A DNA stretch of 64,000 bases from an uncultured cyanobacterium (lineage in GTDB: Bacteria > Cyanobacteriota > Cyanobacteriia > Cyanobacteriales > Nostocaceae). The stretch lies in contig OY970166.1 in NCBI GenBank assembly GCA_963706595.1, forward strand, positions 256,001 to 320,000. Reading direction: 5' to 3'. Shown piece after piece: positions 30,175 to 41,011 of the stretch. The first letter of the stretch is position 1. Each line of letters starts with the position of its first letter. The translations under genes were made by a program, and so were the position numbers. Below the pieces are notes generated by a model that had not been told where the DNA came from, did no database searches, and saw only the letters and a program-made list of their open reading frames with translations.

Positions 30175-30879
30175 ATGTTTAAATTTAAAAAAGGCATCAT
30201 TTTTCTAACTCTAATTTGCATTTTTGCTACAGCCATAGCCGTTTATGTCCTGGGAGGTCTTGGCCCTGAACAAATACAAATATGGTTACAAAAAGCTGGC
30301 ATTTTGGCTCCAATTATTTATATCTTTGTTTATATATTAGCCACAATTCTCATCCTCCCCTCAACGGCTTTAAATTTGACCGGAGGGGCAATTTTTGGTC
30401 CATGGTTAGGAACAATTTGGACGAGTATTGCCGCAATTATAGCAGCCGCGATCGCCTTTACTTTTACTCGCACAATTGGTCGAAATTGGGTCGCCAAAAA
30501 ACTAACTGGACGATGGCAAGCGATGGATGCAGAAATGCGACAAGGGGGAATATTTTATATGTTTGCTATTCGCCTATTACCGATTATTCCCTATGGCTTA
30601 GTTAATTTTTCTGCGGGTTTAACTTCAATTAGTTTCAAAGATTATCTCATCGGTACAATTTTAGGCACAATTCCTGGCGTTTTACCCTTTGTGATGCTAG
30701 GAAGCACCGGATTAAAAGCTTTGAGAACTGGAGACATCCTACCTCTTATTGGTGCTTTAACTTTAACAGGAATGCTAGTCAGTGGGGCGACTTGGTATCG
30801 TAGGCATCGCAGCCTCCCTGCCAAAGTTATACCAGAAATAGAGCGATCGCAATCTTCTCAGGCATCAAATCAGGATTAA
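30175..30879 (+). CDS. TVP38/TMEM64 (DedA-superfamily) membrane protein
   Basis: LPST...GGAIFGPWLG and RLLPIIPYGLVNF.AG motifs. Confidence 0.9.
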   Translation: MFKFKKGIIFLTLICIFATAIAVYVLGGLGPEQIQIWLQKAGILAPIIYIFVYILATILILPSTALNLTGGAIFGPWLGTIWTSIAAIIAAAIAFTFTRTIGRNWVAKKLTGRWQAMDAEMRQGGIFYMFAIRLLPIIPYGLVNFSAGLTSISFKDYLIGTILGTIPGVLPFVMLGSTGLKALRTGDILPLIGALTLTGMLVSGATWYRRHRSLPAKVIPEIERSQSSQASNQD

Positions 30880-30950
30880 AAAAATTTTCAATGAATACAC
30901 AGTTTAACTTCTTTTGTCCCTTAACTAGTGTTTTTTGATTTAAAAGTCCC

Positions 30951-33900
30951 TTAAGCAGTGACTAATTTTTCGCCTGACAGCATTCGCACTGCGGCTTCGA
31001 GTAAAGCTTCTTCGAGATAGGGCTTGGTAAAGTAGCCACTAGCACCGAGTTGAATAGCCATTTGTCGGTGTTTGTCTGCACCTCGTGAGGTGAGCATGGC
31101 AATGGGTAGGTGGTTGAGGTTGGAATCTTTTTGGATGCGGGAGAGCAACTCCAGTCCGTCGCAACGGGGCATTTCAATGTCGCAAAAGACGATATCGCAA
31201 GGTAGACCAGAACGAAGTTTGTCCCAAGCTTCCTGTCCATCACGTGCCTGTTCAACGCGATAACCAGCTTTGTTAAATGTCAGCGAGAGTAACTCTCTCA
31301 CTGTAATTGAGTCATCAACAATCAGCACTGTGGGGTCAATTTTTTCTACTGTGCTTTCTGGTAGATTGGGGTCTTGTTGCTGCCAAAGTTTACTACCATT
31401 GTGTTTAGAAATCCGTCCTTGGAAGATGTCGATAATTTCTAGAACATCAGCGATGGGCATAATCCGGCCATCACCCAAGACGGTAGCACCAGCCACACCT
31501 ATCGGTTTGGGTGCGGGGCTTTCAAATTGCTTGATCACAATTTCTTGCTCACTCAGCACTAGGTCAATTTGTAAGGCAATTAAGGTATTTCCCGATCGCA
31601 CTACCACAACTGAGACCATATCATCATCGCGGTTCCCACCATAAACATTACCGCAACTCAGCTGACGATTGAAGGTTAACAGTTCTTTCAACGGTCGGAA
31701 GGGCAGTAATTTATCGCGCCAAGAAATATATGATTGTCCATCGGCGTGATGTTGGATACTTTTTAGCGGGATATCTAGGGTATCTTCCACCCCGTCCATC
31801 GGGAAAGCAATCCGGGCTTTATCGGAGACACAGCATAGAGCCTTGCAAATACTCAATGTCAATGGTAAACGAATAGTAAAGGTAGTTCCTTCACTGATAG
31901 TCGAATTTGTGTTGACTATGCCGCGAATTTCGCTAATTTCGGAACGTACTACATCCATTCCTACGCCACGGCCGGAAATCTCATCTGCTTTGTCTTTGAT
32001 ACTAAAACCCGGTTGAAATAGCAAGTCATAGACTTCCAGACGCGAAATTGATTTTGCTTGCTCGGCTGTCAGCATACCCAGCTGAACTGCTTTTGTCTTG
32101 ATTCGTTCTGGGTCGATTCCAGCACCATCATCACCGACGGAAATCACCGTTTGGTTCCCTTGGTAGAAGGCACGAATCGTAATGTATCCTACGGGTGGTT
32201 TACCAGCTGCTTTCCTGATATCTGGCGTTTCAATCCCGTGAGCGATCGCATTGTTGAGCATGTGAGTCAACGGATCGGTGAGATGATCTAAAATCATCTT
32301 GTCAATCAAAGTATCTCCGCCTTCAATCACCAAATTGACTTGTTTACCATATTTGATCGCGTTGTCGCGCACTCCTCGCCGCAAGCGATCAATTGTTTGG
32401 GAAAAAGGCACCATTCGCGCTCGTGTGAGTCCCTCTTGTAGCTGGGTTGTCACTTGGCGGAACTGTCGCGCTACTCTTTCGCTTTCTTCAGTTACAAAGT
32501 CAATATCACTCGCCGACTCACGCACCCGCACAATAAATTCAATCATTTCTTGGGATAGCGTGTGAAAAGGAGTGAAGCGATCCATTTCTAACTCACTGAA
32601 ACCCATATCTGTATGAGAATCATAATTGTTCGCGTTAGTTTCTTTAATTTCTTTAGGTTCTTTGGCTGTGCGACTGGCCAGAAGAGAAGCTTCTAATAGC
32701 GATCGCTCATACAATTCCTGCATCCTGGCTCCTACATCTGACAGATGTTGTACCTGAACCAGCAAATTATCTAAAGATTGCCGCAGCCGTTCATGATCCT
32801 GTTCTAAAGTGTTGCGATTAACCACCAACTCCCCAACTAAATTGCTCATATCGTCCAGCTGCTTCACTGGCACTTTCATTGTTTCTTCAAATCTAGCAGT
32901 CAGACGATCTGAAGAACGGGAGATTTTGCTGATCAGCGATTTTGGTTTGACCGGTGGTGAGTGGGATATCGTTTGATCTGCTTCTGCAAGCAATTTCTCC
33001 AAATCGCTAAATTCATCATCCACATCTGCTGATGCAATGGAATTGCTGGCAATTTGGCGAGTGGTTAGTTCAAATTGTGGTGTGTAGGATGGCTGTTCAT
33101 TAGATACTGTTACTTCTTCATCGTCGCTAGGATTCAGCAAAGCTTCCAGAGAGGCAAAATCTTCTTCTGGCATTGAACTAGCAGGGGAACTGACTGTTGT
33201 TTCCTCTTCTAACAATGCTTCTAACTCAGAAAATTCATCTTGGAGATAAGTCTCATTTTCTGAAATAGCCTCTGTTGGGGAAGTTACTGATATTACCTCC
33301 TCTGCCGACAAAACAAAATTAGCATTTTCGCTTTGGGCTAATTCTTGGTTTGGTAACATTGAATCTGTGTTCCACAGATCATCTGATAAATCTGCTGTCT
33401 CCCCGAATATTTCCCCATCTTCTAGATGCAACTCGTTTGGACGATCATCTAGGGCTACTACTAAACTTTCGGCAATATCATTTACTAATAATTCTTCGGG
33501 ATTTACTGCTGGCTGCTCAGTTGCGGCGGCGAATAAATCATCAACTAAATCAGTGGCTGGCGTAATATCAACATCAACCGCCAACCCAGAGTTAATATCA
33601 ACATCTGCAAACTCTAATTCAGCTTCAAACTGTTGTAATTCTAAATCTTCTGGAGAAATTCTATCTAAACTTGTTTCTGAAGCGAATAAGTCGTCATCCT
33701 CAACCAAACTATCAGCATCATCAAGTTGAACATAAGTTAAATCTAATTCATCTGTCTGGGCTATTTCTAAGCCGATGACTTGCGGACTTTCAGCAAATAA
33801 GTCGTCATCCTCAACCAGATTATCAGCATCATCAAGTTGAACATAAGTTAAATCTAATTCATCTGTCTGGGCTATTTCTGAGCCGATGACTTGCGGACTT

Positions 33901-36900
33901 TCAGCGAATAAGTCGTCATCCTCAACCAGATTATCAGCATCATCAAGTTGAACATCAGTTAAATCTAATTCATCTGTCTGGGCTATTTCTAAGCCGATGA
34001 CTTGCGGACTTTCAGCAAATAAGTCGTCATCCTCAACCAGATTATCAGCATCATCAAGTTGAACATAAGTTAAATCTAATTCATCTGTCTGGGCTATTTC
34101 TGAGCCGATAACTTGCGGACTTTCAGCGAATAAGTCGTCATCCTCAACCAAACTATCAGCATCATCAAGTTGAACATCAGTTAAATCTAATTCATCTGTC
34201 TGGGCTATTTCTGAGCCGATAACTTGCGGACTTTCAGCGAATAAGTCGTCATCCTCAACCAGATTATCAGCATCATCAAGTTGAACATCAGTTAAATCTA
34301 ATTCATCTGTCTGGGTTATTTCTGAGCCGATAACTTGCGGACTTTCAGCGAATAAGTCGTCATCCTCAACCAAACTATCAGCATCATCAAGTTGAACATC
34401 AGTTAAATCTAATTCATCTGTCTGGGCTATTTCTGAGCCGATAACTTGCGGACTTTCAGCGAATAAGTCGTCATCCTCAACCAAACTATCAGCATCATCA
34501 AGTTGAACATCAGTTAAATCTAATTCATCTGTCTGGGCTATTTCTGAGCCGATAACTTGCGGACTTTCAGCGAGATTATCAAATAAACCAACTGCCAAAT
34601 CAGCAAATACTGGGGGAGAATCTACAGAAGCTGGCGGGGGCGGCTCTTTTGTAAATTCTGGGGTAATATCTAACGCCTCTGGCTCTTGAGAAAAGCCACC
34701 AATTTCCTGTAGAGTCAATTCCTCATCGTCATCATCAGTCGGAGATATGGAATTGAATGCTGCTAAATCTGCAAATAAATCATATCCATCAGCAGTATCT
34801 GATGGCAAGATTAAATCTTGCTCATAAAAGGTGAGATCATCATCTTCTATACTTGTTGAGATTGTGGGTATAAACTCTTCAATGTTGCCAAAAATATCAC
34901 CAGAAGCCGCCGCCAACAAACTCTCCTCTAAAGCTTTAGCCACATCCTGCTCAAGTAACGGCATAGTTTCCGCTGCTTCTGTTGTTGCTGTTTCTTGGTT
35001 CCAAAAGTCGTTTAAATTCTCTTCTGTCTGAGTAAATTCTATTTGTGTCGCAGGTGTGATATCAAATAAGTCACTAACTTCTGACTGATTGTTAGACAGT
35101 TGTTGATCATCATTAAAATCATCAAACAAACCATCTAAAGTTAAAGATTCTGGCTGGATGTTATTCGGTTTTGATTCTACATAATTATCTGGTAAAATCT
35201 CCTCTATATCTCCATTATCTGTTGCTGAGAACAAGTCATCAAAGCTGCTTTCTTGGTTAGAAGATATTTGTTTTGGTTGAGTTACTTCGCCTGTGGTTAG
35301 TAATTCCTGATCATCTATTGTTAGTGCTGATGAATCATCTATAAAATCATTTACCACAGAATCCTGTGCTTCGCTGGAAGTAGCCGCCAATATTGGTTGC
35401 TCTTGCTGGTCTTGATGCTCTGTTTCGGCAAAATTGCTGCCAAATAATATGTTTAAATCTTCTGTTTTAGTGAGACTGATTTGCTGTGCATTGTCGCTGT
35501 TGTCTGCATCAAAAGATAGAAAATCAGCTAAATCGTGATCAACATCTTCTGTATCGTTGTCACCAAAATCTATCCCTAATTCACTGGCGGCGCTAACGTC
35601 TAAAACTTCTTCTTGTTGCCAAGTTTCATCTAGTTCGGGAGTGTCACCTGCAAATAAGTCAGCTAGGGTATTTAACTCAGCTAATCCTACTTCAGGGCCA
35701 TTTTGTCCAAAATTACTCATATATGTGTCTTCTTCACTACCTAAGAAGAACATCTGAGTCCGAGCGGTTGTAGGAACAGGGTTTTCTGCTGCTACTGAAA
35801 TATCTTGACTTGGTTGAAGTTGCTCGGATAGTTCAGTGAGGCTACTTATGCTATCTGTTGACTGTAGAATAGTCGGCTGCTGACTGAGCAAATTATCTGG
35901 ACTCGAAAACAATTCCTCATCTGCTACAGATGCAGGCTGGTGAGCCAGCAAATCTTGAGACTGTAACAACTCAAGTTCTGGCAAGTTCAAGAGCGCTGCT
36001 AATTGCTGACTAGTTGCAATCTCGGTGTCTCTGTTTTGCAGAACCAATTCTTGGGCTTGTTTAATTTCGGTAATGATAATTTTGGCTAGGGTGAGATAGG
36101 AATTTTCTGGATTAGCGATCGCATTTGCTGCGGCTTGACATAATCTACACCAATGAGGCAAATTCCAAGTCTGGCCAAGTTGGACTAACTGCTGACAACA
36201 TCGCTGAAGATTTTGCCGAGATTCAGGTGTTGTCTTTTGCTTAAACAGTTGCAACATTTCCCGCAGTGCTTGTAACACCTGGGTTTGAAATTCATCCCAA
36301 TGGTCACGTACTGGGGCGGTTAAGAACGAATGTGCTTCTGAAGATACTACAGACAGGGGTAATTGTGTCGATGTCCTGGCGGTGTCTTCTTCCTCGTCAG
36401 GAATATCTCGGAGCAAGAATAAGTCAGTGAGTGTGCTAACTCTATCCTCCTGATGGGGTTCTATTTCTGTTGTGGTATTGTTATTGACTACTCCACTATT
36501 GTTTTGTTGTACTAGTAGTTCCAAATGTTCATATAGCCATTTAAACACCGGCTCAGTTTCTAGCATCAGAGTATTAGCAGCATCTTCTGACAGACCGAAT
36601 GGCCCACTCAAATGTTCTAATAGCACCTTGAGGGTATCAGATACACCGAGAAATAAAGATTCTAACTTTTGATCAACCTGAACCGGATGTTCTTTAAGAA
36701 CTTTAAAACAATCTTCCAGACGGTGAGAGGTGTGCTGAATACTATTCAGCCCCAACATAGCTGCGCTTCCTTTGATTGAATGAGCCGCCCGGAAAACTTC
36801 ATTGACCATTTCCGGGTCGTTCAGGGTCCTTTGAAGATTCATTAACCCCTGCTCAATCGTATTCAGATGGTCTCTGGCTTCTTCTATGAAATAACCTAAA

Positions 36901-36926
36901 ATCCGCTGTTGTTGTTCCGGCAGCAT
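30951..36926 (-). CDS. CheA-like hybrid histidine kinase (HmpE/PilL-type)
   Basis: Hpt FRAAHSIKG, long acidic linker, LVGELVV dimerisation region, NAIAHGIE, DDGAGID, SGRGVGMD, a CheW domain and a C-terminal REC domain. Confidence 0.93.
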   Translation of the reverse strand: MLPEQQQRILGYFIEEARDHLNTIEQGLMNLQRTLNDPEMVNEVFRAAHSIKGSAAMLGLNSIQHTSHRLEDCFKVLKEHPVQVDQKLESLFLGVSDTLKVLLEHLSGPFGLSEDAANTLMLETEPVFKWLYEHLELLVQQNNSGVVNNNTTTEIEPHQEDRVSTLTDLFLLRDIPDEEEDTARTSTQLPLSVVSSEAHSFLTAPVRDHWDEFQTQVLQALREMLQLFKQKTTPESRQNLQRCCQQLVQLGQTWNLPHWCRLCQAAANAIANPENSYLTLAKIIITEIKQAQELVLQNRDTEIATSQQLAALLNLPELELLQSQDLLAHQPASVADEELFSSPDNLLSQQPTILQSTDSISSLTELSEQLQPSQDISVAAENPVPTTARTQMFFLGSEEDTYMSNFGQNGPEVGLAELNTLADLFAGDTPELDETWQQEEVLDVSAASELGIDFGDNDTEDVDHDLADFLSFDADNSDNAQQISLTKTEDLNILFGSNFAETEHQDQQEQPILAATSSEAQDSVVNDFIDDSSALTIDDQELLTTGEVTQPKQISSNQESSFDDLFSATDNGDIEEILPDNYVESKPNNIQPESLTLDGLFDDFNDDQQLSNNQSEVSDLFDITPATQIEFTQTEENLNDFWNQETATTEAAETMPLLEQDVAKALEESLLAAASGDIFGNIEEFIPTISTSIEDDDLTFYEQDLILPSDTADGYDLFADLAAFNSISPTDDDDEELTLQEIGGFSQEPEALDITPEFTKEPPPPASVDSPPVFADLAVGLFDNLAESPQVIGSEIAQTDELDLTDVQLDDADSLVEDDDLFAESPQVIGSEIAQTDELDLTDVQLDDADSLVEDDDLFAESPQVIGSEITQTDELDLTDVQLDDADNLVEDDDLFAESPQVIGSEIAQTDELDLTDVQLDDADSLVEDDDLFAESPQVIGSEIAQTDELDLTYVQLDDADNLVEDDDLFAESPQVIGLEIAQTDELDLTDVQLDDADNLVEDDDLFAESPQVIGSEIAQTDELDLTYVQLDDADNLVEDDDLFAESPQVIGLEIAQTDELDLTYVQLDDADSLVEDDDLFASETSLDRISPEDLELQQFEAELEFADVDINSGLAVDVDITPATDLVDDLFAAATEQPAVNPEELLVNDIAESLVVALDDRPNELHLEDGEIFGETADLSDDLWNTDSMLPNQELAQSENANFVLSAEEVISVTSPTEAISENETYLQDEFSELEALLEEETTVSSPASSMPEEDFASLEALLNPSDDEEVTVSNEQPSYTPQFELTTRQIASNSIASADVDDEFSDLEKLLAEADQTISHSPPVKPKSLISKISRSSDRLTARFEETMKVPVKQLDDMSNLVGELVVNRNTLEQDHERLRQSLDNLLVQVQHLSDVGARMQELYERSLLEASLLASRTAKEPKEIKETNANNYDSHTDMGFSELEMDRFTPFHTLSQEMIEFIVRVRESASDIDFVTEESERVARQFRQVTTQLQEGLTRARMVPFSQTIDRLRRGVRDNAIKYGKQVNLVIEGGDTLIDKMILDHLTDPLTHMLNNAIAHGIETPDIRKAAGKPPVGYITIRAFYQGNQTVISVGDDGAGIDPERIKTKAVQLGMLTAEQAKSISRLEVYDLLFQPGFSIKDKADEISGRGVGMDVVRSEISEIRGIVNTNSTISEGTTFTIRLPLTLSICKALCCVSDKARIAFPMDGVEDTLDIPLKSIQHHADGQSYISWRDKLLPFRPLKELLTFNRQLSCGNVYGGNRDDDMVSVVVVRSGNTLIALQIDLVLSEQEIVIKQFESPAPKPIGVAGATVLGDGRIMPIADVLEIIDIFQGRISKHNGSKLWQQQDPNLPESTVEKIDPTVLIVDDSITVRELLSLTFNKAGYRVEQARDGQEAWDKLRSGLPCDIVFCDIEMPRCDGLELLSRIQKDSNLNHLPIAMLTSRGADKHRQMAIQLGASGYFTKPYLEEALLEAAVRMLSGEKLVTA
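33684..34571 (-). repeat. 8 x 111-bp (37-aa) intragenic tandem repeat
   Basis: Unit AESPQVIG(S/L)EI(A/T)QTDELDLT(D/Y)VQLDDAD(S/N)LVEDDDLF; 888 bp in total. Confidence 0.95.
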
Positions 36927-36994
36927 AATAAAAGTTCTGAGTGCTGAGTTCTGAGTACTGAGTGGTCATCGACCAATGTCTAATGACTAATTAA

Positions 36995-39919
36995 TTACTT
37001 GGATTCGAGGGTTTCCACGCGGAAACGTTCTACGGAGGAGATCAAGTCACGGGAAACACCGACTAGAAGCTGTAGTGCGCCTGAAACGCGCTGGGCTTCC
37101 TGGGAAGTTTCTTGGGCTGTGAGTTCCACCGATTGCATAACGTGGGCGACGGCACGGGAAGTTTCTGTTTGTTCTACTGTGTCGCTGGTAATGGAGCGCA
37201 CTAGAGTATCAATACGATTCGCTACTTGAATGATATTTTCCAGCGATCGCTTGGCTTCTTCTGCCAATTTAGTACCTTTAATTACCTGTTGTGTACCTTC
37301 TTCCATTGCGGTCATAACTGAGCCGGTTTCGCTCTGGATTTGCATGACAATCTGTTCAATTTCCTTTAAGGATTTGGCAGATTTATCTGCTAGTTGACGG
37401 ACTTCATCTGCCACAATGGCAAACCCACGTCCGGCTTCACCAGCTCTTGCCGCCTCAATACTGGCGTTGAGTGCGAGTAAATTGGTACGAGAGGCAATCT
37501 GAGAAATTAAGGCCACAATTTTAGAAATTTCTTGAGAAGATTCCGCTAATCGCTTCACCTTGCGGGTAGTTTCCGCTACAGTTTCGCGAATTTCTAAAAT
37601 CCCTGCTACGGTATTTTCCACTGCTTCGCCACCTTTGAGTGCGATCGCACTGGCATCACCAGCCACAATTTCCGCTTCTCGTGCTGCTTCTGCTACCCGT
37701 TGAATCGAGTCAGTCATTACCTGTACCGAATTTAAAGTTATTCCTAACTCTTCTGCTTGTCGCAAAGCATCACTCGATAAGGCTCTGGCAAATGTTTCGG
37801 AATTAGTTGCACCTTGTGTTACCTCCTTTGCTGCCACTTTTACTTGTTGAACAATATCCCGGAGGTTTTGAATTGTCAGATTAAAGGCATCGGCAACGGC
37901 TCCTAGCACGTCTGCTGTCACTTCGGCTTGAACTGTCAAATCACCTCTAGCAGCGCCTTCTACATCGTCTAACAGGCGAATCACTTGGCGTTGCAGGTTT
38001 TCTTTAGCTTCTTCTTGTTCATCAGCTTTGCGTTGGGCATCGGATGTAGTTCTAAAAATTACCCGCGCCATTTCATTAAAGCCCGTAGACAAGCGCCCTA
38101 ATTCATCTTCGGAATACACCGTGGCTTGCACATTCAGATTACCTTGGCGGACTGCATCAAACTGAGCTTGCAGATCCTGGGTAGTGCGGCGAACTTGCTT
38201 GAGTGTCAGATTGCCCATAAAGGCTGCTGTACCGAAACCTGCAATACCCGCAGCCAGTGACATCGCCCAGCCTGTATTCCTGACTGATTCCCGTTGTTCA
38301 GGTGGCGAAAAGTTGGTAGTTGTGAAGCTAACTGTAGCTACAACTAAAGCGGAGAAAATGCCAACTGTGCCAGCAACAAACCAAGGTTTCACATCTAGAG
38401 AGGCATTCTCTAAAGGTGCTAGCCAACCTTGCTCAACGCTAACATTGGGTTCTAGCTTCGAGACATTTTTTTCAGTAAAAATCGGCACTGCTTCTTGTTC
38501 ACCATTACCTGAGCCGGTAATAGAAAACAGTTCATCGTCCCGTTCTTGAGGTTCTTGTTTAGGGTTAGATCCCGTGTTTTTACCTTGTAAGTTCCCACTA
38601 CTGTCTAATGAACCCGAAAGCATAGTCACATCATCAAAGCCAGAATTTGCTTCTGTTAAGTCAAATCCGGGAATTTTACCTAAATCATCAAATTCATCAA
38701 AGTTATCTAAAAACTCGATATTAGTCTGAGAATTTTCGCCCTTTAGTAAACTATTTGTATCTTCATCAGAGCCAAAAGCAGATTTAAAGGCCTCAAAATC
38801 AAAACTATCATCATCAAAGTTACTGATATCTACCGTACCATTACTAGCAATATGCTGGTCTCTTGGCGAGTAACTACCATTTAAACTTGAGGATGTTTCT
38901 TCATCTGCTATTTTTTCTAACCAATTATTAGAGTCTGATTGAGAAAAATCATCTGAAAAATTATGACTCAAATCATTGGTTTCGCGCGCATCCAGTTTGA
39001 GATTCTCCTGCCTCATCAGTAAAGTTTCGTCTTCCTGGCTATTTGTTTCGGGGTCAAATTTTTCCAAATTTGACTCTTTATCAGGGTCTTCAGTCGAAAT
39101 TTCCGGAGTAGTTTCCAAACTATTGCTCATGGAAAAATTAACTTCTGCAAAAGTTGTATCTTTTACATTTTCATCATAAATTAACGGATTTTCATGAGAG
39201 TATTCTGTGGCAGGATCTGCTAAATTACTACTATTTTCTGGCGCATCTACGCTTTCTACTGCAATCTCTTGTTGCCAGAAAACGGGTAAATCTAGTTCGA
39301 CTTGCTCATTTTCCCTATTGGCATGAGATTCTGTCCCGCTTTGATTTGGATTCAAAGCAAAAGGATCGGCGCTCAAAGATGCGCTTGAATCTGATGTTTG
39401 ATTGAATGAAATACTGTCCGAGGGCATCTCAAATGGATTGCTTGAGGATAGTTCTGGCACATCTATAGATGACTGAAGCTCTTCCAAGGCATCCAATTCC
39501 AAGCTGTTGCTATCCAAGTCAGCGAACATCCCCAAATCTTCTAATTCTGGGATATCAGACTTGAGATGATCAGAAATTTCTGTAATATTTATTGTCTCTA
39601 GCTGATGAATTGCTTCAGTACCAATGCCTGACTCTGATGCTTGTTGGTATTGATTGATACTTTCTAAGCCATTATTGGCAAAACCAACAATTTCTTGATC
39701 ATCAGACAGCTGTAAAACTTTTTCGTACTCTTGTTGTGCAACGTCGTACTGCTGCAAAACGTAGTAGATATGACCCCGTAACAAATGGCAATTAGCGTCA
39801 TCTGGTACGTTCTGCACCACTTCGTCAACTAAAGTGGCGGCAACTTCATACTTTTGTTGTGCATAGGCTGTACAAGCCTGATTATATGAATCTAGATAAT
39901 CGTTTAAACTAGCTGCCAT
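36995..39919 (-). CDS. Methyl-accepting chemotaxis protein with N-terminal TPR (HmpD/PilJ-type)
   Basis: TPR-like N-terminus, acidic linker, two TM segments, HAMP, and [37 protein letters not shown] 39919 follows a GGGAGGG RBS. Confidence 0.93.
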   Translation of the reverse strand: MAASLNDYLDSYNQACTAYAQQKYEVAATLVDEVVQNVPDDANCHLLRGHIYYVLQQYDVAQQEYEKVLQLSDDQEIVGFANNGLESINQYQQASESGIGTEAIHQLETINITEISDHLKSDIPELEDLGMFADLDSNSLELDALEELQSSIDVPELSSSNPFEMPSDSISFNQTSDSSASLSADPFALNPNQSGTESHANRENEQVELDLPVFWQQEIAVESVDAPENSSNLADPATEYSHENPLIYDENVKDTTFAEVNFSMSNSLETTPEISTEDPDKESNLEKFDPETNSQEDETLLMRQENLKLDARETNDLSHNFSDDFSQSDSNNWLEKIADEETSSSLNGSYSPRDQHIASNGTVDISNFDDDSFDFEAFKSAFGSDEDTNSLLKGENSQTNIEFLDNFDEFDDLGKIPGFDLTEANSGFDDVTMLSGSLDSSGNLQGKNTGSNPKQEPQERDDELFSITGSGNGEQEAVPIFTEKNVSKLEPNVSVEQGWLAPLENASLDVKPWFVAGTVGIFSALVVATVSFTTTNFSPPEQRESVRNTGWAMSLAAGIAGFGTAAFMGNLTLKQVRRTTQDLQAQFDAVRQGNLNVQATVYSEDELGRLSTGFNEMARVIFRTTSDAQRKADEQEEAKENLQRQVIRLLDDVEGAARGDLTVQAEVTADVLGAVADAFNLTIQNLRDIVQQVKVAAKEVTQGATNSETFARALSSDALRQAEELGITLNSVQVMTDSIQRVAEAAREAEIVAGDASAIALKGGEAVENTVAGILEIRETVAETTRKVKRLAESSQEISKIVALISQIASRTNLLALNASIEAARAGEAGRGFAIVADEVRQLADKSAKSLKEIEQIVMQIQSETGSVMTAMEEGTQQVIKGTKLAEEAKRSLENIIQVANRIDTLVRSITSDTVEQTETSRAVAHVMQSVELTAQETSQEAQRVSGALQLLVGVSRDLISSVERFRVETLESK

Positions 39920-39935
39920 TTGCTCCCTCCCAATT

Positions 39936-40466
39936 TCATCCTGCCCACCTCGCACTCCGCAAAATTGCCATTTGATCAAGCAGTCTTAACGCTCTTTTAT
40001 TACTACCATTTATTAACCACTCTCCACGTAAAAACGGAGTCATAGTATCTGGTAAATTAGTTGGTGGCATTAAATGCTGGATATCCAGCCAGTCCATACC
40101 ACCAATTTTTTCTACCGCTAAACCCACGATGGTGTCTTGCTCTTCAATCGCAATCACCGGAATTTCGGCTCTATCTGTGTTTAATGCGGTTACCTCACCC
40201 AGGAATTGTCCCAAGTCAGCCACCCAAATTACTCGACCTCGTAAATTTAGAGTACCCAAAAGTAAAGGAGAAGCATTAGGAATCGGGGTAATTCGATCTG
40301 GACTTAGTTCCATGACCTCTCGGATACCAGTGGCTGGTAGTGCAAATTCCTGATCTGAAGGAATATAAAACCGCAAATGTAATTCACCTTCAGGACTTTC
40401 TACTTGCAGTTCTGGCCGAAACTGATCTTGACCACTACCACTTAAAAAGTCCGGTTTGCTGACCAT
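39936..40466 (-). CDS. CheW-like coupling protein (HmpC/PilI-type)
   Basis: ITPIPN....[17 protein letters not shown] motif. Probable start at ATG 40466. Confidence 0.92.
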   Translation of the reverse strand: MVSKPDFLSGSGQDQFRPELQVESPEGELHLRFYIPSDQEFALPATGIREVMELSPDRITPIPNASPLLLGTLNLRGRVIWVADLGQFLGEVTALNTDRAEIPVIAIEEQDTIVGLAVEKIGGMDWLDIQHLMPPTNLPDTMTPFLRGEWLINGSNKRALRLLDQMAILRSARWAG

Positions 40467-40473
40467 ATCGTTT

Positions 40474-40839
40474 TCATCCTCGCAGCAGTTGTTTGACTGT
40501 TCCCACCAATTCGGTTGGTTGAAACGGTTTGGCGATGTAAGCATCCGCACCTTGCTTCATACCCCAGTAGCGATCAAATTCTTCACCTTTAGAAGAACAC
40601 ATCACCACAGGGACATTTTGGGTTTTCGGGTTGGATTTTAATCGACGACACAGTTCATAGCCGTTCATCCGGGGCATCACAATATCCAACACCACTAAAT
40701 CAGGAGGGGCAGTTTGAATCGCCTCCAATGCTTCTACTCCGTCATTGGCATGGGTAACTATTAAACCACTTGCTTTCAGGAGGTCTGTAATCATCTCCCG
40801 TTGTGCGATACTGTCTTCCACAATCAGAACTATACTCAT
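40474..40839 (-). CDS. CheY-like response regulator (HmpB/PilH-type)
   Basis: Single REC domain: VEDS, LDIVMPRMNG, YIAKPF. Confidence 0.95.
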   Translation of the reverse strand: MSIVLIVEDSIAQREMITDLLKASGLIVTHANDGVEALEAIQTAPPDLVVLDIVMPRMNGYELCRRLKSNPKTQNVPVVMCSSKGEEFDRYWGMKQGADAYIAKPFQPTELVGTVKQLLRG

Positions 40840-41011
40840 AAATGCCTATCTACCTCTTGATGTAGACGTTCCTTGTTGGAACATTCCCTGATCCCCCGCA
40901 AATATTTAGTGTATAAATTAATTTTATTGTTTCACTAATGTATTAGATAGTAACTTGGTACTTGAGTCAGATGATTCTGTGATAACATCTTTTGCCTCAG
41001 ATTTTATGGAA

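Noticed and set aside
33684..34571. Possible CRISPR array or DGR template
   Set aside because: The units are contiguous, in frame and have no unique spacers. No cas or reverse transcriptase gene is present.
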